A stretch of DNA of 64,000 nt, from IMG/VR virus record IMGVR_UViG_3300031613_000001. The stretch is one strand, 5' to 3'. A program made the position numbers and the translations under genes. The notes under the pieces were generated by a model. That model saw only the letters and a program-made list of their open reading frames with translations, was not told the DNA's origin and made no database searches. The first letter of the stretch is position 1. Each line of letters begins with the position of its first letter. Origin of the DNA: an uncultured virus (IMG/VR IMGVR_UViG_3300031613_000001) (taxonomy: Duplodnaviria; Heunggongvirae; Uroviricota; Caudoviricetes; Crassvirales). Shown one piece after another: positions 28,642 through 38,996 of the stretch.

Positions 28642-28832
28642 TGTAAAGTATAACAATAGTAAAGGATTAATAAACTAAAATTAAATATTATGAAAGAAAG
28701 TGAGCCAATGAATTGGACTAAAAGACAAACACAGTATTATGGTGGATTTTTGGCGGTGTTAGGATTGCTAATTGAAATATTTGGAACGACGATAGTTATT
28801 GATGTTATACAGTGTTATCAAATCGTTTTTTT

Positions 28833-29027
28833 ATGTTTAGAATAACCAAAGTAGATAAAGGATGGATAGTTGAAATACTTGAATTTAAATACAATTTTTT
28901 AGGATTACATTTTTGCCAAGTTTGGAAACCTTATATTAAGACTTCGGGAATGGATGAATGTTGGGGACACCTTACAAAGGACTACGCAATCATGAACCTT
29001 ATAGACCAAGTTAAAAAAGACACTTAA
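28833..29027 (+). CDS. Array ORF, hypothetical
   Basis: MFRITKVDKGWIVE... begins just after GTTATCA core at 28814. Confidence 0.55.
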   Translation: MFRITKVDKGWIVEILEFKYNFLGLHFCQVWKPYIKTSGMDECWGHLTKDYAIMNLIDQVKKDT

Positions 29028-29069
29028 GGTATAAGGATTGATTTTTAACCGATTAAACAAATAAATATT

Positions 29070-29321
29070 ATGACAACACAAGAAAAATTAAACAATGTAT
29101 TAGGCTATTTAATAGCAATGTCTTTTGATAAGCCAGAATTAAGTAATGCCTTAGTAGAACCTCTAAACACTTTAAGTGAAGCAATAAGCGAGGTTGAAAA
29201 TTTGTCTTTATCTGGTGTTGTGAACTGTTTGTCCTGCGGTAAAAACCACGCTGAACTTTGTGGAAGCTGTGTATTTGATATTGCACAAGGAACAGCAGAA
29301 CAGGCAATAAGTAGCAGGTAA
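29070..29321 (+). CDS. Array ORF crossing an attC-like junction
   Basis: ATG inside hairpin D; VENLSLSGVVNC encoded by right arm with GTT=Val; CxxC...CxxC body. Confidence 0.65.
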   Translation: MTTQEKLNNVLGYLIAMSFDKPELSNALVEPLNTLSEAISEVENLSLSGVVNCLSCGKNHAELCGSCVFDIAQGTAEQAISSR

Positions 29322-29404
29322 ATTGTTTACAACGAACGAGATTAGAAATTAAAGAAATTGCAAGTAAAATAAAGTAATGAAAAAACTAATAGACATAAAA
29401 GCAA

Positions 29405-29698
29405 ATGAAGAATGATACAAAAATAGTAAATAATATAGATAGAATAAAACCAATTTTAAATATTCTTTCTACTGATGTAAAAAATATAATATTTGAAAAC
29501 GTAAGAGTATTTAAAGATAATCAAGTAGCAATGTTTGTTTTAGTTATAAGTTATTATCAATATGTACAACATTCAGATTTAATATACGACAAACAATCAA
29601 TAAAAGAATATATTATTAAAAAAAATATTCAAAATATATATGTTACATTAGACTCAGATGAAAAAAAACCCTATATTCAAATAATAATAAGCGTATAA
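29405..29698 (+). CDS. Hypothetical protein
   Basis: 97-aa ORF; IKPI.N.L motif shared with 29930..30250. Confidence 0.55.
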   Translation: MKNDTKIVNNIDRIKPILNILSTDVKNIIFENVRVFKDNQVAMFVLVISYYQYVQHSDLIYDKQSIKEYIIKKNIQNIYVTLDSDEKKPYIQIIISV

Positions 29699-29699
29699 T

Positions 29700-29927
29700 A
29701 TGGATATTTTAAAAGCATTATTAAAGGTTACATTTGATGGACCTAAAGAAGAAATTAACAAAGTAAACAAAAAACAACCTAGTAATTCTTCAACATCAAA
29801 TACATGTATTAATTGTGTTAATGTAGTAGAATTAAAATCATCACCCAATCTTTGGTGTTATTTAACTAGTGATGATGTAAATGAAAATTACAGTTGTCTT
29901 GATTTTGAAAAATCAAAAATAAATTAA
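29700..29927 (+). CDS. Small Cys-containing hypothetical protein
   Basis: CINC...WC...SC..F. Confidence 0.55.
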   Translation: MDILKALLKVTFDGPKEEINKVNKKQPSNSSTSNTCINCVNVVELKSSPNLWCYLTSDDVNENYSCLDFEKSKIN

Positions 29928-29929
29928 TT

Positions 29930-30250
29930 ATGACAAAAAAAATAAATAATAATAAAAATAAAAAAACTTTAGATGTAAACGTATCAACATTTATAAATAA
30001 TATTAAACCTATATTTAATTTATTAACAGGGTTTAATATAAATATGGATTCTGATACAAGTAAAGATTATACATATGCTTTAGTTTCATTTGAAGCTGAA
30101 AACAATAATAATAATAAAAGATTATTATCATCATTTATTGATAAATCTAGTTCTATTTTGGATAAAAATTTTGAAAATGTTTATACTTCAAAATATACTA
30201 AAGATGGTAAACTATTGGAAGCATCAATATACTATGATAAAGGACTTTAA
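29930..30250 (+). CDS. Hypothetical protein
   Basis: 106-aa ORF. Confidence 0.55.
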   Translation: MTKKINNNKNKKTLDVNVSTFINNIKPIFNLLTGFNINMDSDTSKDYTYALVSFEAENNNNNKRLLSSFIDKSSSILDKNFENVYTSKYTKDGKLLEASIYYDKGL

Positions 30251-30294
30251 ACTAAGGTTGTTAATTTTTTATTAGACTTTTTAAAAACAAAAAT

Positions 30295-30684
30295 ATGAAA
30301 GACAAAATAATTAGTTTTAAAACAGCTAAATTAGCTAAAGAAAAAGGGTTTGATATACCACAATTAAAAAGATATTTGTTAGATCAACATAATAATCATT
30401 GTCTTGCAAATAATAAAGGTTTACAAAATATAGGAATACAAGCACCAACACAATCTCTACTACAAAAATACTTAAGAGAAAAACATAATTTACATATTCA
30501 AGTACAAATAGGGGGGTATATAAATGGTAAAAATACAGCTTATTGTAATGTTTTTAAATTTGGTAAAACTTTATGGATTAGTAAATTTAGAAGTAAAACA
30601 TCTATATATACTTATGAAGAAGCTTTAGAAATAGGATTACAAGAAGCATTAAAATTAATAAAAAATGGAAAAAAAATGAAATAA
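30295..30684 (+). CDS. Hypothetical phage protein
   Basis: ISFKTAKLAKEKGF...APTQSLLQKYLRE.H...TYEEALEIGL. Confidence 0.7.
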   Translation: MKDKIISFKTAKLAKEKGFDIPQLKRYLLDQHNNHCLANNKGLQNIGIQAPTQSLLQKYLREKHNLHIQVQIGGYINGKNTAYCNVFKFGKTLWISKFRSKTSIYTYEEALEIGLQEALKLIKNGKKMK

Positions 30685-32602
30685 TAAAACTTACATATAT
30701 GATTTAGAAACATATAAAGATTTATTTCTTGCTACTTTTAAATGTATTGATACAAATGAATTTTGAAGATTTGAAATAAGTAAATATAAAACAGAAATTA
30801 AAAAACTGTATGAATTTCTTGAACAAAGAAATATAACTTTAATAGGTTATAACAATGTTAACTTTGATTATCCTGTATTACACAATACAATACTTAGACG
30901 TAAACGTAGATGAACATCAGAAGATATATATTATGAAGCTCAAAATATCATTGAAGCAGAGTATTCAGCTATATGGGATAGTGAAACAAAGATACCTCAG
31001 ATAGATTTATTTAGGATTAAGCACTATGATAACAAGGCACGTAGAACATCTCTTAAATGGCTTGAATATGCTATGAGAATGAATGATATTCGTGATTTAC
31101 CTTATCCACCAGGAGACTCTTTAACAAGAGAAATGATGGATGAGATAATATCTTATTGTGATCATGATGTTAATGCTACACATCTATTTTATAAGCTTTG
31201 TGAAAAGGATATAGAGCTTAGGTTGCAGTTATCAAAACAATATGGATTAAATCTTACTAATGCTAATGATCCTAAGATTGGTAGTGAGATCTTTTTAGAT
31301 TTATTATCTAAGGAAATGAATATTGATAAAAAGGAACTTAAAGAAAAGCGTACTTACAGAAAAAGAATTGATTTTAGTGAAATAATACTTGATTATATTA
31401 AGTTTGAAACACCTGAAATGAATAGCGTTCTTGATGGATTTAAAAGCTATAGAGCAATAGATACAAAGGGAGACTTTAAGTTTACTGGTAAAATTGGTAA
31501 TATATATAATGACTTTGGTCAAGGTGGTATTCACGGTTGTACTAAATCTGGTATTTATGAAAGTGATAGCAAAAAAGTTATTATAGATATTGACGTTGCA
31601 AGTTATTATCCTAATTTAGCTATTAACAATGGTTTTAGACCACAACATTTAGGAGATGCATTTAGTAAAATTTATAAAAGTATTTACGAGCTCAGGAAAA
31701 CATTTCCAAAATCAGATCCTCGTAATGCTGCATGTAAGTTAATGCTCAATGGTGCATTTGGTAAGATGAATGATGTTTATAGTTTTTTATATGATCCTAA
31801 GTGTTTATTAAGCATAACTCTTAACGGTCAGTTATTACTAGCAATGTTAATGGAAAAGATAAACAGTAACGTTAGTGATATTGAATTTCTTCAATCTAAT
31901 ACAGATGGTTTTACTTTTCTTATTGATAGAGATAAAGTAGAATATATGAAGAAGATAGTAACTGCATGGGAAAAGAAAACTGAACTTGTTATGGAGTATG
32001 CTATTTATGATAAAATGATTATACGTGATGTTAATAATTATATGAGTGTTACAGACACTGGTTATATTAAGTATAAAGGTTGTTTTGAAATGGATAGGGA
32101 CTATAATAAGAATCACAGTAAAAGGATTGTACCTATTGCTTTAGCTAACTACTTTATAAACAATGTAGATCCTGAATTTACATTATATAATCATTTAACT
32201 AAGTTTAAAAGTGATATAGTAAAATCTGATTATGAGTTTTGTAAAAACTATGGAATACACGACTTTTGTTTAGCCGTTAAAATGACAGGTCAAAACAAGC
32301 TTGTAAGAAGAATTGTAAAAGACTATCAACCAGAAGATCACAAGTTAGGTAAGGTAACAAGATATTATATTTCTAATGATGGTAATATGCTTGTTAAAAA
32401 ATTACCACCATTACCTGATAAAACACCTACTATGCAAATTAATATCTTTAATGAAGTTGATATGGGTGATAGAGAATCAAGTATAGAAGCTGGTTATGAT
32501 AGCACAGTTTTCAATAAATATTATGATAGTGATAATTATAATATTAATTATGACTATTATTTAAGAGAAATAAACAAAATTATTAACGTAATAAAAAATT
32601 AA
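30665..32602 (+). CDS. polB: Family B DNA polymerase, 645 aa if TGA=Trp (TGA at 30677, 30764, 30911)
   Basis: ExoI YIYDLET and ExoII GYNNVNFD lie upstream of the called ORF in the same frame; ExoIII YCDHDV; DVASYYP, KLMLNGAFGK, NTDG, YKG. Confidence 0.9.
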
Positions 32603-32767
32603 ATGAGCACTCAAATATGCCCACTTTGTTGTGGTAGTAAAAAGTACATGACACAGAAATCTACAGTTGAAAAAAATGGTTTAATTTACGTAGATTGTAA
32701 TACTTGTGATAATAATGGTTTAGTAGACTCAGATTTATTTATAGATGTTACAGATATGGATTATTAA
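32603..32767 (+). CDS. 54-aa zinc-finger protein
   Basis: CPLCCG...CNTCDNNG. Confidence 0.6.
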   Translation: MSTQICPLCCGSKKYMTQKSTVEKNGLIYVDCNTCDNNGLVDSDLFIDVTDMDY

Positions 32768-32796
32768 ATCTAAACAAAATTAATTAAAATATTAAA

Positions 32797-33384
32797 ATGA
32801 AATTATGAGATATAGAAAATTTATCATTTAACTTTAAAGACATAAAGTTACTAGATATAAATATTAACCAAATATTATGTATTATAAAAATATATTTAAG
32901 CTCAAACAAAATTTATTTTGATTATGATATAAGTAAACCTTATATAAATGATTTAATTAACAAAAACTATTTAATATCTGATTCTAAAGGTATATACCTT
33001 AGAGATAAAGGAAAAAAAGTTGTTAAAGTATTTGTTAAAATAAAAGAAGACAGTAGAAAAGAAGAAGAACTTGAAAATCAAGTTAAAAAGTATAGAACAT
33101 TATTTAAAGATATTAAAGTCGGATCAATGGGATCATCTATTTCTACTAAAAAAAAATTACAAAGGTTTATGGATAATAATCCTGAAATAACTTTTGAAGA
33201 AATCATTAATGCATCTGAAATGTATATAGATAGTTTTAATGATAGTTTTAAATATATAAAAAGAGCTGATTACTTTATATATAAACAAAATTATAAAGGT
33301 GAAGAAACATCTGACCTAGAAATATGGTTAGAACAATCCATGAAAGAACCTGAAAATTCAGATTGGAGAACAGAATTAATTTAA
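32797..33384 (+). CDS. Putative replication protein, 195 aa if TGA=Trp (TGA at 32806)
   Basis: ATG AAA TTA TGA GAT... in frame with ORF 33127..33384; YI..ADYFIYK motif. Confidence 0.65.
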
Positions 33385-33580
33385 TTAAAAAAAATGATTA
33401 CAGAATGGAAAGTATTAGTTAACGGTACAATAAATAATATAACTTCTGATAAATTTGATGTACAAGATCAATTTAAAGATATTAAAAAAAAAGTTTATAA
33501 AAAAATAGGTGTTAACAAAAAAACAATAGTTAAACCTGAAATTTATATTATAAATAGAGTATAATAACAAAACATAAATA

Positions 33581-34510
33581 ATGAAAAATACAATAAAAAG
33601 AATAGATTTTATTATACCTGGTTTTAAACATAAATTTATAACTAAAAATAATAATAGAGGGTTTGCAGTATCTTGTTGGGATAAATATTTTGAAAGAACA
33701 AAATTAAATCTTCCTTCTTCAAAATCATTAGATTTAATTTTTTATAATGAAAATGATGATTCTATTAAATTTGAAGAATGTATTATCTTATCTAATATAA
33801 TTTTTAAATTAAAAGATATAGTAAGCTATACATGTATTAAAAAAAAAAAAGAAAAAACAACATTATTTTATTATAACTTTAAATTTAAATCATTAATGGC
33901 AAGAATGTTTTTTATGAGAATAATAAGAGCATACATGGCTAAAGATGGTGAAAAGTTTTTAAATAAATGTTTAGAATATAATAGTCAATCAAGGAAAAAT
34001 ATTTATCAATGTATTTTTATTGTATCATCATATTATGAAATTATTGAAGGTTGTTTATTTAAATATAAATATATTAGTAATAATTATAAGATAGTATTAC
34101 CATCGGTTGTATGTAATACATATCTCTTTTTTTTACAAAAATCGAAATTAAATTTATCTTATAAAGAAACATCAAAGCATTTTTTAAGATATTATTCATC
34201 TAACTCTATTAATTTATATTATATGAATAATAAAACTAAAAAACAATGGATAGATGCTATAAATAGCAATGCATGTTATCATTTACATGATATAAGAGAA
34301 AGTCACACTTTAACTTATTATACAAGAATAACAGTATCATCAAAACGTAATATTGGAACTGTTCTTTTTATAAAAGAATATTTATTATTTCAAGAAAAGT
34401 ATTTCAATATATTTAAAAAAATGAAAAGTGTTAAAAAACATGATTTTAAAGCATTTAATAAAAATGTAATAAAATTTGAGAAATTATTAAAAGAATATAA
34501 TATAATATAA
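33581..34510 (+). CDS. Hypothetical protein
   Basis: 309-aa ORF. Confidence 0.65.
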   Translation: MKNTIKRIDFIIPGFKHKFITKNNNRGFAVSCWDKYFERTKLNLPSSKSLDLIFYNENDDSIKFEECIILSNIIFKLKDIVSYTCIKKKKEKTTLFYYNFKFKSLMARMFFMRIIRAYMAKDGEKFLNKCLEYNSQSRKNIYQCIFIVSSYYEIIEGCLFKYKYISNNYKIVLPSVVCNTYLFFLQKSKLNLSYKETSKHFLRYYSSNSINLYYMNNKTKKQWIDAINSNACYHLHDIRESHTLTYYTRITVSSKRNIGTVLFIKEYLLFQEKYFNIFKKMKSVKKHDFKAFNKNVIKFEKLLKEYNII

Positions 34511-34529
34511 CATATTAAAAAAACAAAAA

Positions 34530-35240
34530 ATGACAAAATTAGTAGAATGCGTAAATTCAATGAATTACAGTATTACAAGAGGTAATCAATACGAAGTTGA
34601 AATTGATCCTAAAAACAAAAAAAGATACATTTTAAAAAATGATCGTAATATAAGAACTAAATATGGTATAAACTTATTTAAAAATGTTATAAAAGCTGTA
34701 CCTGAATCACAACCTATTTTACCACAAGTAGTTAGAAATAATATTGCTGATATATTAAATGGTATTTCAAAAAATGATAATGTATTTACTTATGAAGTAA
34801 TAAGAGGTGTTAGAAAAACATTAACACATTTAAATCTTACAGAAACAAATATTGGTATTAGTTGTGGTCTTATTGGTGTTCATGGTATAAATCGTGTATA
34901 TTCAAATATAATTAATTCTCTTTCTAGATATAATTTAAATGATGAGAATCAATTAACTCAAGCTGAAATAACACAAATTACTAATAGAATGTTTCAAATG
35001 ATTTTAACATCATATATGAGAGATTTAGGATATGGTGGTGTTATTTTTTCTACATCTATAACTGGAAATGAATTTTTTGAAGATATTGATGATGTAATGA
35101 GTACATTTGAAACTACATCAACTAGACTTAATAACCCAAATTCAGGTAATGAAATTATTGTTTATGTAATTAATCTATTAAAAGATCTACAAGTTGATGA
35201 AGATGATGATATCGTCGAAGATGATGAAGATGATGAATAA
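34530..35240 (+). CDS. Hypothetical protein with acidic tail
   Basis: 236-aa ORF; ISCG, NPNSGN motifs. Confidence 0.65.
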   Translation: MTKLVECVNSMNYSITRGNQYEVEIDPKNKKRYILKNDRNIRTKYGINLFKNVIKAVPESQPILPQVVRNNIADILNGISKNDNVFTYEVIRGVRKTLTHLNLTETNIGISCGLIGVHGINRVYSNIINSLSRYNLNDENQLTQAEITQITNRMFQMILTSYMRDLGYGGVIFSTSITGNEFFEDIDDVMSTFETTSTRLNNPNSGNEIIVYVINLLKDLQVDEDDDIVEDDEDDE

Positions 35241-35276
35241 ATCATTTTTTAACTAAACCAAATTTTAATATTAAAA

Positions 35277-36410
35277 ATGAAAGAAGATGAAAAATTAGAT
35301 AATTATGGCAGACTAAAAAAACATTTGTGAAAGAGAAGAGATAATATATTATCTGGTAAAGCTAATTGTATACCATTTGGACTACCTCGATTTGAAGAAG
35401 TAGTTCCTGGTATACAACAAGGTAAAATGACATTAGTTACAGCATCTACTAAAGTAGGTAAAACTAAGATTACAGATAATTTATATATGTATAATCCAAT
35501 TAAATGAAAGTTAAATAACCCAGATAGTCCTATAACATTAAAAATAGTATATTTTACATTAGAGATGTCTGAACGTCAGAAAATGACACAAGCAGCTTGT
35601 AATAGATTATATACAACATCTAAAGGTAATATAAGAATTGATCCTATTAAATTACAATCTACACGTGACCCTATAAGTGAGGATATATTAAATGAAATAA
35701 ATAATCAAGATGAATATTTTGAATTCTTTAATAAAACTGTAACATTTATAGACAATGTAAAACATGCTTATGGTATATTTCGTTATATGGACGATTATGC
35801 TAAAGCAAATGGTACTATTCATTACAAAACAGTTACTTTTAATGATAATAACACTGGTGAAGGTAAAGAACATAAAGTTTTTGATTATTATGAACCTGAT
35901 AAACCAGATGAATACGTAATTATAATAGTTGATCATATATCTTTATTATATCCAAAAAAAGGTAATAGTTTACATCAAGAAATTTCAGATTTATCTTCTA
36001 AGTATTTCATACAACTTAGAAATAGATACAACCACAGTCCTGTTATTGTTCAACAGCAAAGTGCAGCTTCTGAATCTCTTGATAATATGAAAGCTAATAG
36101 GTTAAAACCTAGCCTTGTAGATATAGCAGATAACAAGTTAACTAGTAGAGATGTAGATTTAGCATTAGGATTATTTAGTCCTTATAGGCATGGTATTAAA
36201 CAATACCCTGAAAAAGATGGTTATAATATAATTAAATTTAAGGATAACATAAGATTTCTTGAAATATTAGCTTCCAGAGATGGTGGTGGTAATACTGTAT
36301 GTCCATTATATTTTGATGGTGCAGTGGATTTTTTCAAGGAATTATCAACAACCGACGATGATGTTGGAATGAGAAAAGCATATAATATGCTAAACAAAAT
36401 TAGAGAATAA
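35277..36410 (+). CDS. dnaB: DnaB-like replicative helicase, 377 aa if TGA=Trp (TGA at 35328, 35505)
   Basis: Walker A ASTKVGKT and YFTLEMS upstream of called ORF; IIVDHISL, VQQQ, RDVDLALGLFSP. Confidence 0.85.
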
Positions 36411-36473
36411 TTAAAAATATGGAATTATGAATATTATTAAAAATAATTTCAAAAATAACAACAAGATTTTGAT

Positions 36474-36866
36474 ATGTTTACAAAAGAAATAATAGGTAAA
36501 GCATTTGATACGTCATCTATTGAAAATAATAGAACTACGGACAGTTTTTTTTCTAAAAATGATAATATACTCGAAAAAGGTAGTATAAGGCATACTATAA
36601 CAGAAAATGACGAAGAAGATATTCCAGTTACTATAATAACAAGGGAATACAGTGCATTTGATGGTAGTTTAAACTATAAAGAACAAGTAACTGTTGCTTC
36701 AAGTGTTTTCAATGAAAGAAAAAAAATGATTGTTGGTGATATGAATATATTATCAAGAGTAAATTATTTAAAAAGACAAATTCGACATTATTCTGAAAAA
36801 GAAAGTTATGAAATATGTCAAGGAATGAAAGTTGAACTTGAAAAACTAGAAGAACTATTAAAATAA
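36474..36866 (+). CDS. Hypothetical protein with UvrB/C-like C-terminal helix
   Basis: 130 aa; LKRQI......ESYE.C..MK.EL. Confidence 0.5.
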   Translation: MFTKEIIGKAFDTSSIENNRTTDSFFSKNDNILEKGSIRHTITENDEEDIPVTIITREYSAFDGSLNYKEQVTVASSVFNERKKMIVGDMNILSRVNYLKRQIRHYSEKESYEICQGMKVELEKLEELLK

Positions 36867-36872
36867 AAAAAA

Positions 36873-37085
36873 ATGGCAAAAATAGATGTTGAATATCATA
36901 AACTATTACAAAAAATTAAAAATGAAAGATTTAAATATGAAGATCCTAATCGCAAAGGTGTATTTAGGTATCAGATACCAACTTACACGCTGGTACACAA
37001 TTTTACAGATGGTTTTCCCGCAATGACTACTAAAAAACTATTTTGGAAAGGAATTGTTGGGGAATTATTATGGTTTTTACGTGGT
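36873..37085 (+). CDS. thyA: Thymidylate synthase exon 1
   Basis: [25 protein letters not shown]. Confidence 0.9.
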
Positions 37086-37515
37086 GAATTATTGCCTAGT
37101 TAAGTAGGGATACTTAACCGTAATCTGTCTAAACAGGGAATCTCCTATTAATAGGACAATCCTGTACTAAATTTTATAATTTAAATCATTACAAAATTAT
37201 AAATAAATGTGCAACGACTAGCTCATAAAAGAGCGTACACAATAAGCTTATGATTGTGGAAACGGCAGAAACCTAGAACAGGTTAAGATATAGTCTAATC
37301 TATACAGTAATGTATAGCAGTTTAATTAATTAAAAATAAAAAACATGACAACTTATAAAATAATAGTATTAACAATTGGAAGTATAGGAATTATAGCAAT
37401 ATCATTAATGTTTATACTTATGGGAGATTGTGCTATTAATGATGATGATGATGATGATTGTGATGATTGTTAATTAAACGTATAAACAAGTTGCGTTGTT
37501 TATAGAATATAAATG
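37086..37515 (+). mobile_element. Group I intron in thyA (430 nt), no homing endonuclease
   Basis: Exon ends GGU pairing with GCC (U:G), terminal G; AAACAGGGAA 37131, AATCCTGTAC 37158, GCAACGACTAG 37211, AAGATATAGTC 37285; splicing restores LLWFLRG-DTNIKYL. Confidence 0.92.
37345..37473 (+). CDS. Intron-borne 42-aa peptide (TM helix plus acidic Cys tail)
   Basis: MTTYKIIVLTIGSIGIIAISLMFILMGDCAINDDDDDDCDDC, A-rich leader, looped out of stem GTTTAATTAA/TTAATTAAAC. Confidence 0.55.
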   Translation: MTTYKIIVLTIGSIGIIAISLMFILMGDCAINDDDDDDCDDC

Positions 37516-38382
37516 GATACTAATATTAAATATCTTGTAGATAATGGTATAAACATTTGGAATAAAGATGCTTATAATTATTTTAAATCACAATTAAGTG
37601 GTGAATGGTATGAGTTAAAAAATCTAACTTTAAAAGATTTTATTGAAGCTATAAAAAACAATGAAACTGGATATAATTTTGATAATTATGTGTTAGGTGA
37701 TTTAGGTAGAGTATATGGTGCTCAATGGAGAGATTGGCAATGTAAAGATAATTTTGGAGTAACTTGGTTTAAAGATCAAATATCTAATCTTATAAAAGGA
37801 TTAAAAGAAACACCTATGGGTACAAAACACATAGTTACTGCTTGGAATCCTGCAGAGTTAGATGATATGGCTTTACCTCCTTGTCATTGGAGTTTTGAAA
37901 TATTAGTTGAGCCTTTATCTAAAACTGAAATATTAATGAAATTGTATGAAGGTGTATCCTTTAGCGATATGAATTTTCAAAATCCAAATCCTAATAAAAA
38001 TGTACCTAGATATAAATTTACTTTAAAATGGCATCAACGTTCAGTGGACACATTTTTAGGTTTACCATTTAACATAGCTTCTTACGCCACTTTAGCACAC
38101 ATAATAGGTAAGATGACCAATATGGTTCCGAAAGCTATTATAGGTGATCTTAGCAATGTACATATCTATGAAAATCACTTGGATGCTGTTAAAGAACAGT
38201 TGTCTAGAGATCTTAATAAACATGGTAAATGTGAATTAAATATTAGTTCATTAGGATTAAATAATTTAGAGCATAATAAAATTAATACTTGTTTAGATAA
38301 TTTAAATATTGATAATTTTCAATTAGATAATTATAAATCTTATCCAGCAATTAAAGCAAAAATGTTAGCTTATGATAATTAA
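37516..38382 (+). CDS. thyA: Thymidylate synthase exon 2
   Basis: GDLGRVYGAQWR, MALPPCH, QRSVDTFLGLPFNIASY, HIYENH. Confidence 0.92.
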   Translation, partial: DTNIKYLVDNGINIWNKDAYNYFKSQLSGEWYELKNLTLKDFIEAIKNNETGYNFDNYVLGDLGRVYGAQWRDWQCKDNFGVTWFKDQISNLIKGLKETPMGTKHIVTAWNPAELDDMALPPCHWSFEILVEPLSKTEILMKLYEGVSFSDMNFQNPNPNKNVPRYKFTLKWHQRSVDTFLGLPFNIASYATLAHIIGKMTNMVPKAIIGDLSNVHIYENHLDAVKEQLSRDLNKHGKCELNISSLGLNNLEHNKINTCLDNLNIDNFQLDNYKSYPAIKAKMLAYDN

Positions 38383-38941
38383 AAAAGATAAAGAATTTAA
38401 TGATTTTTCATGTCATTATTATATTATAAATAACAGTGGGTTATATAAATGTTCTTCTGCTTGTTGGTCAGATATAAAAAATTATATTTATAAAGATTAT
38501 ATTTATATTGATCATAAAAGTATAATTAAAACTAAATATTTAAAAAGATTAGTTAATTTAATTAATAATATAACTGAATGTAAATTAGTAAATATTAATA
38601 ATAAAAATTTAATTAAATATAAGATATTTAATCAGAATCTTTCTCAAAACTGTTGTTATAAAACAAATTTAGTTTTGTTAAATTTTATAAGAACATTGTG
38701 GCATAAACCTTCAGGTTTTAATAACAAGAAATTTTATAAATCTATAATGAAAAATTTAAAAAGACAAGAGAGTTTATATTTTTTAATGGAATGTTTGAAA
38801 AATAGTGTTATTAAATTAAATAATAGAAATTCTATGTACGGAGATCATTCTAATATTTATCCTAATATAATACCTAAACACAAAAATAAATTAATTAATA
38901 AAAAATGGTTATCATGTAAAAAATTTATGATTTCTAAATAA
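38372..38941 (+). CDS. Hypothetical protein
   Basis: 189-aa ORF. Confidence 0.6.
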   Translation: MIIKKDKEFNDFSCHYYIINNSGLYKCSSACWSDIKNYIYKDYIYIDHKSIIKTKYLKRLVNLINNITECKLVNINNKNLIKYKIFNQNLSQNCCYKTNLVLLNFIRTLWHKPSGFNNKKFYKSIMKNLKRQESLYFLMECLKNSVIKLNNRNSMYGDHSNIYPNIIPKHKNKLINKKWLSCKKFMISK

Positions 38942-38954
38942 TTAATACTACTAA

Positions 38955-38975
38955 ATAAGTCAACAATGTCAACTT
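38955..38975 (+). promoter_or_regulatory. 21-nt motif ATAAGTCARCAATGTCAACTT (copy 2 at 39686-39706)
   Basis: One mismatch between copies; each ends 21 nt before a start codon. Confidence 0.6.
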
Positions 38976-38996
38976 AATTTATTGAATAAAAACAAT

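Larger units (their letters stand above)
27973..29345 (+). mobile_element. Integron/attC-like module array without a recombinase in the window
   Basis: Four imperfect hairpins bounded by (T/C)AAC...GTT cores; intervening modules have mutually complementary ends. Confidence 0.65.

Noticed and set aside
27918..29345. CRISPR array or DGR template/variable repeat
   Set aside because: No regular identical repeats; only one of three mismatches in the 65-bp repeat involves adenine; no reverse transcriptase in the window.
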